A DNA stretch of 64,000 nucleotides from Piedraia hortae CBS 480.64. Its lineage: Eukaryota. The DNA lies in NCBI GenBank assembly GCA_010093745.1, contig MU006004.1:1-64000 (forward strand), given 5' to 3'. Positions 1 through 11,859 of this stretch are shown in pieces; the stretch's first letter is position 1; each line of letters opens with the position of its first letter. A program made the translations under genes and the position numbers. The notes beneath the pieces are model-generated. The model had not been told where the DNA came from and ran no database searches. It was given only the letters and a program-made list of their open reading frames with translations.

Positions 1-81
1 CGGAAAACTAGTTGACGCGTGAAGTCGAGAGCCGAGCGACGGTTACTAATAATGCGCGTAATATACCGCATATTCACAACA
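1..81. repeat. Copy of a short repeat (LTR-like terminus ...TTCACAACA); runs off the window start
   Basis: 1-81 matches 5133-5213 with one mismatch; both copies end at TATTCACAACA and then diverge (AAGAC vs CTCCC). Confidence 0.85.
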
Positions 82-256
82 AAGACTTCAGAGAAATGGG
101 CACTAGGTAATGCGGGCCCAGGGCCCACTCCTCCGCCCAATAGCAGCTTCGCTTGGCAATATCTTGCCATTTCACCTGAAACACAAAACTCTTGCTTCAG
201 GTTTCCGACCATCCGCTTGGCCAAACCCTTTGATACGAACTCGATCGCACCTTAGG

Positions 257-1306
257 ATGATGGAACATTGTAGGAACAGAACTAGATCCTATTTCCCTGA
301 TGAGATCAAACTCAAGGTTGCGAGCTACCTTAGCGATGACCAGCCAACTCTGTTCAACATTACAATGGCGTCCAAGGAGTGGGTACCTGCGGTAAACGAG
401 GCCTTGTGGAGGTCGATAGATATTCATACCGCATTCTCCGGCATCGCATATTCAGATTACGAATACTTCATGGGCTTGGTGCGCAGGGTCACTCTACCAT
501 TAAACAGCAACCACTGCTCCAAAATGAACCTAGAAGGATTCTCGTTCCCACATCTCAATCATGTTTGCCTCGAGTTCCACGCTTTACACTCAGATACCTA
601 CGAACAAAATCAGTTGATGATGCGATTCATACCCAATTACCTTAAAAATTTCAATCAAAGGCCTGATTCCATCGCTCGACGAGATAGAGCGTATTTCTAA
701 CCGCTTGCGACACTTGGAGTTTTTGGACCTGACATTTTGCGCAATATCAATGCGACACCTCTTGAAAATGCTCACGGTACTAGTCGAAGATAAGGCTTCC
801 CTGAGAATCAACGCGAGGCACCACAGATACTTGCTGTATTGGCTGACTGGAAAGCAGCCCGGCTTTATCAGCGATGAGCAACTATCTGGCCTACACAAAA
901 TCAAGAGCAACAACACGTTCTTGTGTTTGGAATCGTTCGGTTCGGTGCCACATTGGATATTTACGCTTCGCTCTCTGGAAAACTTGGAGGAGTTACGTCT
1001 AACAATTAGACCAAACTCCATCTCCGGAACACTGATGACTGCTGGTGTCCTTCCTGAGCTGACATTGGACGACCCCACCAATATCAGCAAATTTGGGAGC
1101 TTGCGAACCCTGGTAATTAAGGGCTACGACACTTGCGGCTACCCTCCAGTTTTCAGCAACGCCAATGATGCGACCATGGCCACCGTCTTTTCGAGGTTGC
1201 CGAAGCTGTCGTGCTTCGTGTTTTGGTGCCCGCATTCTCTCAGCGTCCGAACGATCGTGGCTCTCGGCAGGTATTGTCGCAAGCTCTACACCTGCGGTAT
1301 GACAGG
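257..1306 (+). pseudogene. F-box-like/leucine-rich (RNI-like) protein, frameshifted and 3'-truncated by a solo LTR
   Basis: N-terminal FPDEIKLKVASYL...WVPAVNEALWRSID resembles an F-box. A frameshift near 647 links IPNYLK to ISIKGLIPSLDEIERISNRLRHLEFLDL, colinear with the paralog at 53804. The reading frame runs into the LTR at 1307. Confidence 0.7.
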
Positions 1307-1613
1307 TGTCAAAAGGATGTAGCACCCACCATGACCAAAACCATAGATAGAAGTCGAAACTTCTCAGGGTTTTTACCTCTATAGAGGAAGTTTTCCCTGA
1401 GACGGGTCATTGTCTCGTTCATGCTTAAGGGCATGGTTCGCTGGCGATGTTCTGGCGAATGAGGTTAGACTGAGGTAGTGTGGAGAAGGTGTCGAACCTC
1501 CCCTCACATAGAGGTAGACATCTACATCCTCCACTTTTTGGTCAGAGTTTAGTGCACACATTTGTCTTTGATCTATGTTCCGCTTTGTTCCTCGGAGGTT
1601 TACCCCTCCGACA
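1307..1613 (-). mobile_element. Solo LTR, family 1 (copy A), no TSD
   Basis: TGTC...GACA termini, 307 bp, homologous to copies at 15043, 21711, 48070 and 60649; flanks ACAGG / GGAGG do not match. Confidence 0.85.
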
Positions 1614-4274
1614 GGAGGCTCTCTTGGGTGACGATATGGAGACATTTCTGTTGACTTGCCCTCCGCAACGATAGTCAATGGAAGGCCATGAAGGTGCAGG
1701 CCGCTGAACGCGCTGAGATCGAGAACGACTTAGCTACAGTTCCATCTGTGCAGAGTGTTCTAAGAAGCAGCGGCACCTCGCAGATGTGTCCGTATATACG
1801 CGTATCTAGAGCTACAGAAGAAAAGTCTCAAGTACCCGCAACCTAGTCAGGGAAGTGGGTCATCACCTGCGGATCGCTCCGCGGCGACCTGCACAATACA
1901 GAGGATGGATTTCAAGGAAGCTCTACTGCCAACGCAGGAGAGCATCCGGATCTCTGACACCTTGAGTGGAGGTAACTCCTGTTTCCCACCGCGAGAGTGA
2001 CGATGCGGAAGTACTCTCGCTTCGAGTGCTCCTGCCACATGGCTCGGCTGACAAGAGTAAAGCCTGCCACAAGGCTTTTCTTTTTCCATTGTCATTAATG
2101 TCATGGAACACCAACCCTTCCATGCTGGAGATCATCGCAAAAGACTCCAGGGTGGACGTCACAGACAAGCACACAGGGTCGTTGACAAAATCTGTCGCGA
2201 CTACAAAGAGGTGGGCGCCATACGGCCTAGTGACCTCGCGCACGTGGCTTTCAACGGCCAGCTCTTTATCGCCGAGCTCATTCTGCAGCCAAAGCTCCTC
2301 CGTCTTGGTGGCTGCTTTGCACACGAGTCACGATTCGATGCAACGTTTGTGGCCCCATGCACAAGCAAATGCCACTTTGTTGAAATTCGGTGCTCCTAAT
2401 TACAACCTCGTTGATACTGGCCATCGGCAGCGCATGGTTGATGCGGCGTAAAGGTCCACATTGCAATCTGGCATGGAGGCAGTTTTCTCCCATATAGTGC
2501 GCTACGTTCTCTCGGGCGCTCGCAGTGGAACATGAATCTGCGACGTTGCTCCTCCGGCCGCTAGCCTTTGGGCGTGAATGGAACTTCTTTTAGGTGTTTC
2601 GGACGCTGCCCCTCAACGCGGCAGCTAGAATTCGCTCGGCAATTGGAATTGCACTCGTTTACAACCATGCCAAACATCCCTTCAAGCGCTAATTCAACTG
2701 CAGAGGCACGTTATGATCTGGTGCAGCCCCGGTAAGTTGGCTGGGAGAGTTTTTCCATGATAGTCCAGACCCCTGTTGTCGGCAAGGAGCTTGGCATTGC
2801 GCTAGAGAGGAATGACTGACGACTTCTCAATGCGGAACCTGGACTCGAAGACGATTTCGCTCTGTCAAGCCTTCATCCAGACGGACCAGGCTGCTGGAGT
2901 CTCTCTCAGCAAGGAAGCGTTAATACGTTTTGCTTGAGACCTTTGCGTCGCATGATGCGTTTTCGTTCCTCGACAAAAGCGTGGCCCTTGTGTGACAGAC
3001 TGCATATTTGTTGGTAGACCTTGGTCAGGAATACTGAGGTGGAAATTGAAGGAATTGATCGTCCCAGTGGACCAGTCAGTCTTGTGACCTCCAAATCCTC
3101 GACTTTTCAATAATTCCACCCTTGCGCGGGGTGCAAATTTAGTGGGCGCAGGAAGGAGCGCAACGCTTCTGGTAGCCTGTGTGTCGCACGGTCCATTACA
3201 ATCTCCAAGGCTGCTACCAGTCCCTTTCGTATCTTAAACTTGCCTGGCCCATAGCCCTCTCAATCCATCCGGTTCCCCAACAGCCAAAAGCGGACGAAAA
3301 GCTGATACCAATCCCTTCCGTATCTCAAAGCATTTCTTCCACACCCATCCCAACTCATATCGCTCCTCAGCCGTCAAAATCGCATGAACCCGTGCATAAT
3401 CTTCCGAGATCAGCACGTGAAAATTTATTCGGGGAATCAGCTCGACTATATACCGCCCACCCTACAATCTGGCTTGCGCTGGTGTGGCACAGGGTGTTTG
3501 GCTGGCTGGCTTAAGCATCTTGTAGTAGGTATAATCACCTCCACTTGGTGTTAAGGTGTTTTTTCAGCAATAGCCCACGGACCTCTTCGATTGAGTTTGG
3601 ATTGGGCACGGTCCGTCCACTCCGGGGGTATAGTGTCCAGGTCTAACGCGGCGTTGGAGAGTCGGTATATATGATTTAGAAATGGATCCAGCCTTGAGAC
3701 TGTGCGAAGGCTCGCCCTGCGTTGACGGTCATGTTGATATATGGTCAATTACAGACGAGGCCATAATCGGCCCAATCCTTTTGTATCGTTATCGAGCCAA
3801 ACAGATTTGATACCCATGTTTCGGGAGCAGGTATGCATATTCGCGAGCGATGCAGCTTCCCGCGGTTTCATCCTAGGCCGCAAAGTTTGCTTGCGGTGTC
3901 CAGCAAAGCAAAATCGCCTGGCAAGGGCAGCTGCAGCAGCATCAGTCTAAGGGTCCCTTTCCGTCGCAGACAAATAAAACAAAAAGGCGGGCACAATGAA
4001 CATCCCCACTGCAGCAGCTGGTCCATGCAAAGCCTTTGCAAGCAAAGTAATTTCCGCGCGGGACAGTGGCCTGCCAAGACATTTCACGCACGTGCCGTAA
4101 AAACTTCACAGCACCAACACGCCTTACATCAATGAGCCCTCGCGCGTTCGTCCAGCCATGCGACTGCCATCATTCAATACTGTAGATCAATACATACATT
4201 CCATCCCCCAAACGCCCATCACAAACCTCCTGCTAAACCACACAGCAAAAAACCCCAAACCTCCCCCATCAATA

Positions 4275-5203
4275 TCACACCCTCACAACCCGCGCCACAA
4301 CAACCGAAATATCATCCAGTTTCCCTCCCTCAGCCGCCAGTCCCTCCTCAACCGCCCTCTCCATAAAGGGGCTCAACGCAAACGGATCTTTCGCCACATT
4401 CCTCGCAGCCGTAACAATCGACAGTGCCGTATCCTCCACACTGTCTCCATTAGAATTAGACTCCTCCCTCTCAGCAACAATACTCGCGACTTCATGCCCC
4501 CAGAGGTTATCTGTCACACCGTCCGTCATCGCGACGACGACGTCACCCTCCTTCACCGCCATTCTCGTAACAACAGCGTTAACGAGGGGTGTATCGGGGG
4601 AATTAGTCCCCAACTGGCGGGGACAGTCAAAAAAATGCCACTGCTCAGCCGTCTGAAAGACGATAGGCTCTTGTGCCACGGGTCTGATCAACATAATCTT
4701 ACTGTCCCCAAGATGCGTGACCTCCAACTCCGCGACAGCCCCATTGTTAACCAACCGCGCAAGGCTCGTAGTGGTGGTCCCCAGCCACCCGCCCTTAGCC
4801 AGCCCCTCCTTTGTGATATCGTACGCAGATTGCAGCAGTCTCGGCGCAGCGGAGCCATCCGTCCCATCATCGGTATCGATGGCAGCGGCCCAGAAGTGGA
4901 GTAGTAAGCGCGACCAAAGCGGCGCGCGACCGTTTTGTTTCGTCGCCCAAGCGCCAACGCCGTCGTTTGCGCCCAGGAAGTTGTGAGAGGCGATTAGGGC
5001 GTCGTCGCCGACGGAGATTCCGCGGGGGGTGAGGTCGGAAAAGGGCGGAGGGAGTGAGTCGACGGCGCGCCAGCCGCGCTTGGGCCAACTATTATAATTG
5101 TGAGCAGATGTGTACCTGCATACAAATCTCTACGGAAAACTAGTTGACGCGTGAAGTCGAGGGCCGAGCGACGGTTACTAATAATGCGCGTAATATACCG
5201 CAT
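4275..5203 (-). CDS. PTC7: PTC7/Azr1-like PP2C (SpoIIE-type) protein phosphatase; 5' exon uncertain
   Basis: Open frame 5088-4275 carries SVGDDAL...FLGANDGVGAW, GTTT, HLGDS, EQWHFFDCPRQLG, TDGVTDNLW and GGKLDDISVV motifs. Putative exon 1 is 5203-5124 with a 35-nt intron at 5123-5089. Confidence 0.8.
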
Positions 5204-5213
5204 ATTCACAACA
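5099..5213. repeat. Second copy of the 1-81 repeat, overlapping the putative PTC7 first exon
   Basis: 5133-5213 matches 1-81. TG at 5099 and CA at 5213; short inverted TTGTGA/TCACAA near the ends; no TSD seen. Left boundary is tentative. Confidence 0.6.
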
Positions 5214-5257
5214 CTCCCCCTTGCTGATTCGATTCAGCACTCCACGGTGCGCGGTTT

Positions 5258-5407
5258 NNNNNNNNNNNNNNNNNNNNNNNNNNNNNNNNNNNNNNNNNNN
5301 NNNNNNNNNNNNNNNNNNNNNNNNNNNNNNNNNNNNNNNNNNNNNNNNNNNNNNNNNNNNNNNNNNNNNNNNNNNNNNNNNNNNNNNNNNNNNNNNNNNN
5401 NNNNNNN
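5258..5407. other. Assembly gap (150 N)
   Basis: Run of n characters. Confidence 1.
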
Positions 5408-5434
5408 TGGGAATTCTACATAATGCAAGACGGT

Positions 5435-8400
5435 CTATCGTTTGTTTTTTGTTTTCAGCTTCTTCCCTTTTCGCTCTTTCAGCTGTTCCGCGTCTTTTGC
5501 CTCGTCATCTGTCTTGGTTTTCCTCTTCTTGCCAGAGGCAACGGCCACTAGAGTCCCATTTGCTACTTTACCCTCCTTGACTTTCCGCTCTGCGTCCTTC
5601 CACTGATCTTCGACTTCTCTTGCCGCTGCATCGAGTTCCTCTTGCAGCTCCTCGCCCACCTTTGCTCCATCAGCTGCGGGCTTTTCAGACTGCTTCTCTG
5701 TTTTCTTCTCGCGCTGTTTATCAATCGCCATGAGTAGATTCCGCACCACTTTAGTAAATACAGCACGGATCTGGTTGTTCTTGAGCCCGCCCATCTCGTC
5801 GGTAAGCGAGTCGAGATCTTTGCGCTGTAGGCCCACGGCACAAAGAAGTGCTGCTTTGATGTGGGACATTACGCCCGGCCCGCCGCGATGGTGGGTGTTT
5901 GTGAAGTAGTTGAGTGCGAGGGAAGGCATGAGGTCGAGAACGACGTGGTAGTCGAGCATGTCGTTTGCGTAGGAGCGGAGGCGTGCGAGGTCGTAGGGTG
6001 TTAGGTCATCGGCAGGATGTGTTGTGGACTGCAACGGTTCCCCTTGTGTAGAGGCAGCCCGTAGGATTTCCAGCGCGTGGGCGGCGCGGAACTCTCGGAA
6101 TTGGAAAGAGAGCAGGCTGAGGAAGCGTTTCCGGAAATCATCGGCGTAGGCCGAGAGCCAATTATCCTCCACCGTCTCCGTGGCCAGAGTGCGCAGCATG
6201 ATCATGGTGTGCTCCCCCGTAAGATCATTTGGGGTCTGGCGAAGATAGACAGGTACGAAGCCCGCGCGCGCCCAGAACTTGAGCAAAGGCGGCGTGAGAC
6301 CGTAACTCACTCCCACGTAGTCCAGTTCCGGAGGTTTTATCTCAGACAGGCGGGAAAACAGCGGTGCCTTGGCGCTGATCTCACGCACTTTGACAGTTTC
6401 AGTGAGAAGAGAAGTTTCTGCGGGCTTTGCCTCAGCCTGTGTCTCCATTTCATCAACGGATTCTGTCTCCGTTAGGTTAACGTGTTTTCCCTCGTAGAAC
6501 TCGATCAAAAGCTGCAATGCTTTCGACCCGTAGCCCATGCGGCCATGTTCTGGCGCTGTAGCTATGCGAACTATGCGTGCTCCGCTGAGGTTGGCGAATT
6601 CGCCGTCCTGAAACTGCTGCGTTACTGTCCACGGGATCAGATCCCCGTCGGGCCGGTTTCCCTGGCCCAGTGCGTTCTGCACGCTTGCTTTGCTGATGCG
6701 ACCTTCCAGAGCTACTTGGATCACGCATAGTATTTCGGGGAGGTCGGTGTTTCCTTTATCGATGTTAGGCGCGGTGAGGACGAAGAGCTGGTGGGCAGGT
6801 GCGTCGGACATGAGTTGTAGATCGTTGGGGCTGTTTTTGTAGTGTGAGGCCACGTAGAGAGCCATCATTCTTTGGAGGAACTTTTCGCTGAGTGGATGGA
6901 AGGAGAAGAGATTGTCTCGGTTTACTTGGAGCAATTCGCATTGGGAAGGATGTGGTGCCCCCTTGATGCTGGGCGTTTGTGGTAGAGTGGCATCGAGACA
7001 GAGGAGTTTGTTGAGCCATTTCTCGACCGCATCACCCTTTGCATATCGAATGGGTTCAAACAGCTGGATCTCCCGTAGCGATCGGGAGACGACGGGTGTG
7101 GTGGAGGTGGTAATGTCGCCGTTCTTTGCTCGACTGGCACTTTGTTCCGAGTCCTCGACGGGTTTCCCACGAGATTGTTCTTTGAGCTGTTGAATCAGCT
7201 TTAGAGAAAGGGATCTGCCGGTTCCCTCGTAACCATTGATTGTTGACGCCATGAAGATGAGATATGGGCCCATTAGCTTTCGCACCAGTGGTAGGGGAAT
7301 GGCTGCTGCCTCATCGATGACAAGCAGCTCAGCTTGACCGAGGGCATAAGCATCTTGCGGCTGGATCCATTGTATTGTTTGACGGTGCTGCCGATATATG
7401 TTTACTCGGACAATTGCTTTATTGAATTCTGCGTGTGTAGACTGCTTCAAGTCGTAATCAAGGTGCTCGGTGTATCCAAGAGCGTCGAACCCGCGGAAAA
7501 CGAACTGGAAGAACGTCTTCAAGTTCTCCGGCGAAGGAGAGGTGATGAAGATGTTGCTGTATCCAAGAGCCACCGCCGCTGCAACTGCCACCCCGAGTGC
7601 TGCAGACTTTCCGCGTCCTCGAGCTGCGGTCAGGGCTACTGTACTTGACAGACGTTTGTCAGTGATGGCTTCAATGAACGTCAACAGTGCCTTTGCTTGG
7701 TCAACCGTCTTTGCCAGCTGCACCAAAGGTCCGACCGGTTGAGTATCTGCTAAGCTCTCTTTCGTGTCTTTCAGTTCTTGTGAGGTAACCTGCTCTGCTG
7801 GGACTTCCTTTTCTACGACACTCCTGCCGCCAGAAATGGGCAATACGTTCATCTCGTCATCAATTACGAGACAGCTCCCACAGCTGCCAAGGGACAGGAT
7901 AAAGCGTTCGTTGAACCTTGCAACAACATCGTGGTGTGCTTCGGTCCTGTACCTTGAATGGACGTCCATGGTCATGGAATACAACTGCTTTAGGCTGCTC
8001 ATCCCCTTGAGCAGCAGCAGGACCAAACCGCCCCCTTCGACCGTTTCAATCGTTCTGGCCAACAGATTTGGCGTAATGGCCTCAAAGTCTTGGAGGATAC
8101 ACATGCCATATGTGTTTCCGAGGATTTTATCCGTCTCCTTGTAGTAGCAGTATCTGATATTCTGCATGCTAACGAAGAGCTCAAAGGGATCTTTTGTGTC
8201 TGGATCTCTGGTCCCGCGCTTCATTTCCTTTTTGATTTTCGCCTCGCGCTTCTTACGATGGCTAGTAAAGCCTAACAGTTCGCGCTTATATGCCCACAAC
8301 ACCGACTTGTTCAGCTTCATGTCCAAGTTGAGCAGGATGTGATACAGGTTAACAATGACATCTTTTTGCCTATCGCCTACTATGACAAAAAAGCTGCGCT

Positions 8401-8464
8401 TCTTCTCTCGCATTCCATTGCGGATAAGCGCCGGAATCCGCGCATCGATCGCTTTCTTGCCCAT
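5435..8464 (-). CDS. KRE33: RNA cytidine (ac4C) acetyltransferase Kre33/NAT10
   Basis: MGKKAIDARIPALIRNG start, TAARGRGKSAALG Walker A, LVIDEAAAIPLP, GYEGTGRSL, and GNAT region ARIVRIAT...GYGS. Single intronless ORF of ~1009 aa. Confidence 0.97.
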   Translation of the reverse strand: MGKKAIDARIPALIRNGMREKKRSFFVIVGDRQKDVIVNLYHILLNLDMKLNKSVLWAYKRELLGFTSHRKKREAKIKKEMKRGTRDPDTKDPFELFVSMQNIRYCYYKETDKILGNTYGMCILQDFEAITPNLLARTIETVEGGGLVLLLLKGMSSLKQLYSMTMDVHSRYRTEAHHDVVARFNERFILSLGSCGSCLVIDDEMNVLPISGGRSVVEKEVPAEQVTSQELKDTKESLADTQPVGPLVQLAKTVDQAKALLTFIEAITDKRLSSTVALTAARGRGKSAALGVAVAAAVALGYSNIFITSPSPENLKTFFQFVFRGFDALGYTEHLDYDLKQSTHAEFNKAIVRVNIYRQHRQTIQWIQPQDAYALGQAELLVIDEAAAIPLPLVRKLMGPYLIFMASTINGYEGTGRSLSLKLIQQLKEQSRGKPVEDSEQSASRAKNGDITTSTTPVVSRSLREIQLFEPIRYAKGDAVEKWLNKLLCLDATLPQTPSIKGAPHPSQCELLQVNRDNLFSFHPLSEKFLQRMMALYVASHYKNSPNDLQLMSDAPAHQLFVLTAPNIDKGNTDLPEILCVIQVALEGRISKASVQNALGQGNRPDGDLIPWTVTQQFQDGEFANLSGARIVRIATAPEHGRMGYGSKALQLLIEFYEGKHVNLTETESVDEMETQAEAKPAETSLLTETVKVREISAKAPLFSRLSEIKPPELDYVGVSYGLTPPLLKFWARAGFVPVYLRQTPNDLTGEHTMIMLRTLATETVEDNWLSAYADDFRKRFLSLLSFQFREFRAAHALEILRAASTQGEPLQSTTHPADDLTPYDLARLRSYANDMLDYHVVLDLMPSLALNYFTNTHHRGGPGVMSHIKAALLCAVGLQRKDLDSLTDEMGGLKNNQIRAVFTKVVRNLLMAIDKQREKKTEKQSEKPAADGAKVGEELQEELDAAAREVEDQWKDAERKVKEGKVANGTLVAVASGKKRKTKTDDEAKDAEQLKERKGKKLKTKNKR

Positions 8465-8672
8465 CGAGTACCGTGGAAAAATATTTGTGACAAGGCGATG
8501 CGAAACGTGACAACTGGACACTAGTGCCGATCGGGCTGGCTTCCGCCGCGGGCACTAGCCGCGAACGGTCGTAGCGTCTTCCCATCGCGGCCTTGGATGA
8601 ATCCTGTCGCAAAGCCGCCATCGTCTCCCACGGGACTTGCGCATTGATGAGACTGGCGTGGCGACATGCGGA

Positions 8673-11550
8673 ATGACCCGGACCAAATGGCTTGCTATCG
8701 CCGGCGTCGTCGTCGGCACTCACTTCACTACGCGACAAATTCCAACCTCGTTTGCCTTTGACAAACCGCTGCCAACGGCCATCATCTTGCTAGCGACATG
8801 CGCGATTGCCCTCTTAATAGTGGCAAGATTTACAGGAAGAAAGCCGTCGGCTGATTACGAAGCGATTCCGTTGGAAGACCTCGGCGAGACGCGCACAAAG
8901 GTGACCAAGACGCTGTCCCGGTGGCATTGTCGCCCGCGAATATCATCTCTGGTACTCATTGCGTCCATTTCTCTAAGGGCGGCAGCTTTGCAACAAATTT
9001 TAGGCAATATCCAGTGCAGCCGGAGGAGCTGGGAACCTTTAATTCCGCTGGTTTGGGCGCTGTGGGACTACTGGACCGTCCAGAGACATCAGCCGAACTG
9101 GACATCGGACGATCCAGAGATTGGGGCATATGAAGAACTCAAGGAATCTGCCGTTCGAGCCCGATATCGCTATGTATTAGCCATTTCCCTCATCAGTTTC
9201 GGCAGTTTTGTCGCTCTGGCGACCACTGGACCCCCGCCATCTACCCAAATCTGCCCTTCCATTCTGCCGTTTGTGTGGTTGGTGCCGCTGCTGCAGTTTG
9301 GCGGGACTTTGCTGGACTTGGTCATTTTAGCTTGTCTCGTTCGACAACTGCAACCTCATCGAGGCTCTTTGCCGGCTGGTTTGAGATCCATTGGATATGC
9401 GTGTCTAGTTTCATCTGCCATTCTGTCAATCGGTTTATCCGCCCATTACGTTTGGGACGAAACTGGAAGGGAGTGGATCCTTTCTTTTCCCGCAATGTAC
9501 TCTGAGAGCGTTGCTAAATTGGCGTCTCTTGTCTGTTTTACCTTTGTCTGTGCCTTAGTTATGGTGAGTTCATCGTCTTTGCAAAATTCGTCCCTGACTG
9601 TATCAGATATACCATACAGGCTACTTGGCAACTCCTGCTACGGCCCTTTTCGTGGCTGTGATGACATCCACGACCATTTACTCTTGGAATACTCCCTATC
9701 TGTCCGCTCCAACCAGCTTGGGACTTTCATTCTTTGCCGCTTTCGTACTAATGATCGGCCTCGCAAGCTTTTTCCATATTGAATCCGCTACGGATGGGAA
9801 AACGGCTACTTTTCAATCCGTGCCTTCGCTGCTGTACATTACTCTTGTTCTTCTGCTTGGTGTCCGTCTTGCTATGTGGATTTCACGTAGTAGTTCGGTC
9901 AGCTACCATCCAATCGACTATCTCATCTACGACGCACAGCACCGACACGAGGCCTTCCGCAGGCAGGCAATGAATAGCAGCAACCTCGAGGAAGCTGTAT
10001 CCGCCTATCGTATCCGCTACGGTAGACATCCTCCTCCTGGCTTCGACCACTGGTATAAATATGCTACTGAACGCAATACATTTATCATGGACGACTTTGA
10101 CTCCATCTACCGCGATTTGACACCCTTTTGGTCGCTCAGCCCCGAAGTCATCCGCGAGCGAACGTGGGAGCTAATATCAAACCCGTGGAACGACGCCTCA
10201 GGGATCAGCATCCGAAACGGCCACGCCGATATAACTTCTGACCTTGCACCTCCCACTCACCGATGGATGCTCGAAGGCGTCTGCACCATGATCAATCAAT
10301 TCTCTCAGCACCTCCCAGACATGGACCTCGCCTTCAACCTCAACGACGAACCACGCGTGACGGTTCCATACGGAAAACTCCCGCCAACCCCCCGCAACCA
10401 CCAACTCATCTCCTCCCCAAGAAACTCATTCAGCAAGATCACCTGGCGCGCAGCATCCACAGAAGAACCATACCCCAACTCCCCCTTGACCGAAAGCTCC
10501 TCCCACCCAACTTTCTACCAACACGGCAGCATAAGCTGCCCACCCACCTCCCCGGCACGCACCCAACGCATGTGGGATACAAGCGTAATCTGCACATCCT
10601 GCACCTTTCCCCACTCCCTGGGCGCCTTCCTCTCAAACTGGACCCTCGCAGGCGAGATATGCCACCAACCCGACCTCGCCAACCTCCATGGCCTCTACCT
10701 CTCCCCGGCGGCCTACAAAGGCACACACGAGCTCTATCCAATCTTCTCTCAAGGCAAACCCACCGGCTTCTCCGATATTCTCTACCCCTCAGCATGGAAC
10801 TGGCTCGAAAAAGCCATTTACTCCCCAACAGACGAGAACCCTGACCCCCCCTTTCGTGAAAAATCAAACACCCTCTTCTGGCGCGGCGCAACCTCTGAAG
10901 GAATCTCCACCGGTCGACGCCAATGGGTCGGCATGACGCGGCAGCGTTTTGTCTCACTTGCGAATAACGCAAGACGGCCCTCGAACCTTCTCCGTACGAG
11001 CGAAGCGGGCGACACAAACGCAGCGGACGCAGACGACCCAGCGGGAAAACTTAGATACATCCCCTCCCTCCCCTCAATCAACCACACCGATATCCACCTC
11101 GTCACAGGCATCGCGCGGTGCGGAGGAGACGACTGTCCCTCACAATTCAACCACTTCAAACCTTTCTCCCCTCCCATCGACTTTCAAGCCCACTGGCAAT
11201 ATAAATTTCTCCTCGACCTCGACGGGGCGGGGTTCTCAGGGCGTTTCCTCCCTTTTATGCGGTCTCGTTCCCTGCCGTTTAAAGCCGCGTTGTTGAGGGA
11301 GTGGTGGGATGATCGGCTTACGCCATGGTGGCATTTTGTCCCGCTGGATGTTAGGGGGTCGGGATTTTGGGCGACAATTGAATATTTTTTGGGGAGGGAG
11401 GGGAGGGCAGGGGATCTCGCGATGCATGGACGGAGATGGGCGGAACGGACGCTGAGGAGGGAGGATATGGAGGTTTATTTGTACAGATTGTTGTTGGAGT
11501 GGGGGAGGGTTGTGGATGATGAGAGGGAGGGAATTGGGTTTGGGGGGTAG
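8673..11550 (+). CDS. Glycosyltransferase family 90 (CAP10-like) with N-terminal multi-TM region
   Basis: YGRHPPPGFDHWY, LPDMDLAFNLNDEPRV, LFWRGATS, YKFLLDLDGAGFSGRF, PWWHFVPLD and DMEVYLYRLLLEW motifs. A GT..AG intron at 9564-9606 joins the two ORFs in frame. Confidence 0.92.
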
Positions 11551-11859
11551 GGGGGAGGGATGCTTTGCGGGTTGGGGTAGCGGAATTTTTAAATTTTTTT
11601 CAATTTTTCTTCAAATCTTTTTTTTTCTTTTTCTTTTCTTTCTTTTGGTGGCAATTTCTGCACGTACGAGCAATTTTGATTTTCTGATAAATAGGCGTTG
11701 GGGCGTATTGTTGCGATGTTGTTGACGGGGTGCCCATTCTAGATGATTTGAGTGCGCTAGAACCACTACAAAGCAACTGTGTGCTTGGAGACACTGAAAG
11801 TTAATTTTAAGCTTTAAATAGTGTGCATACAACCAGTGTACGTACTCGGTTCTCTCGCC

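Noticed and set aside
1966..2451. Ankyrin-like gene fragment (LLKFGA)
   Set aside because: Single weak motif in frameshifted ORFs; not enough support.
11586..11646. Poly-T/pyrimidine tract after the GT90 stop as a retro-insertion tail
   Set aside because: No flanking TSD or associated element; consistent with low-complexity 3' UTR sequence.
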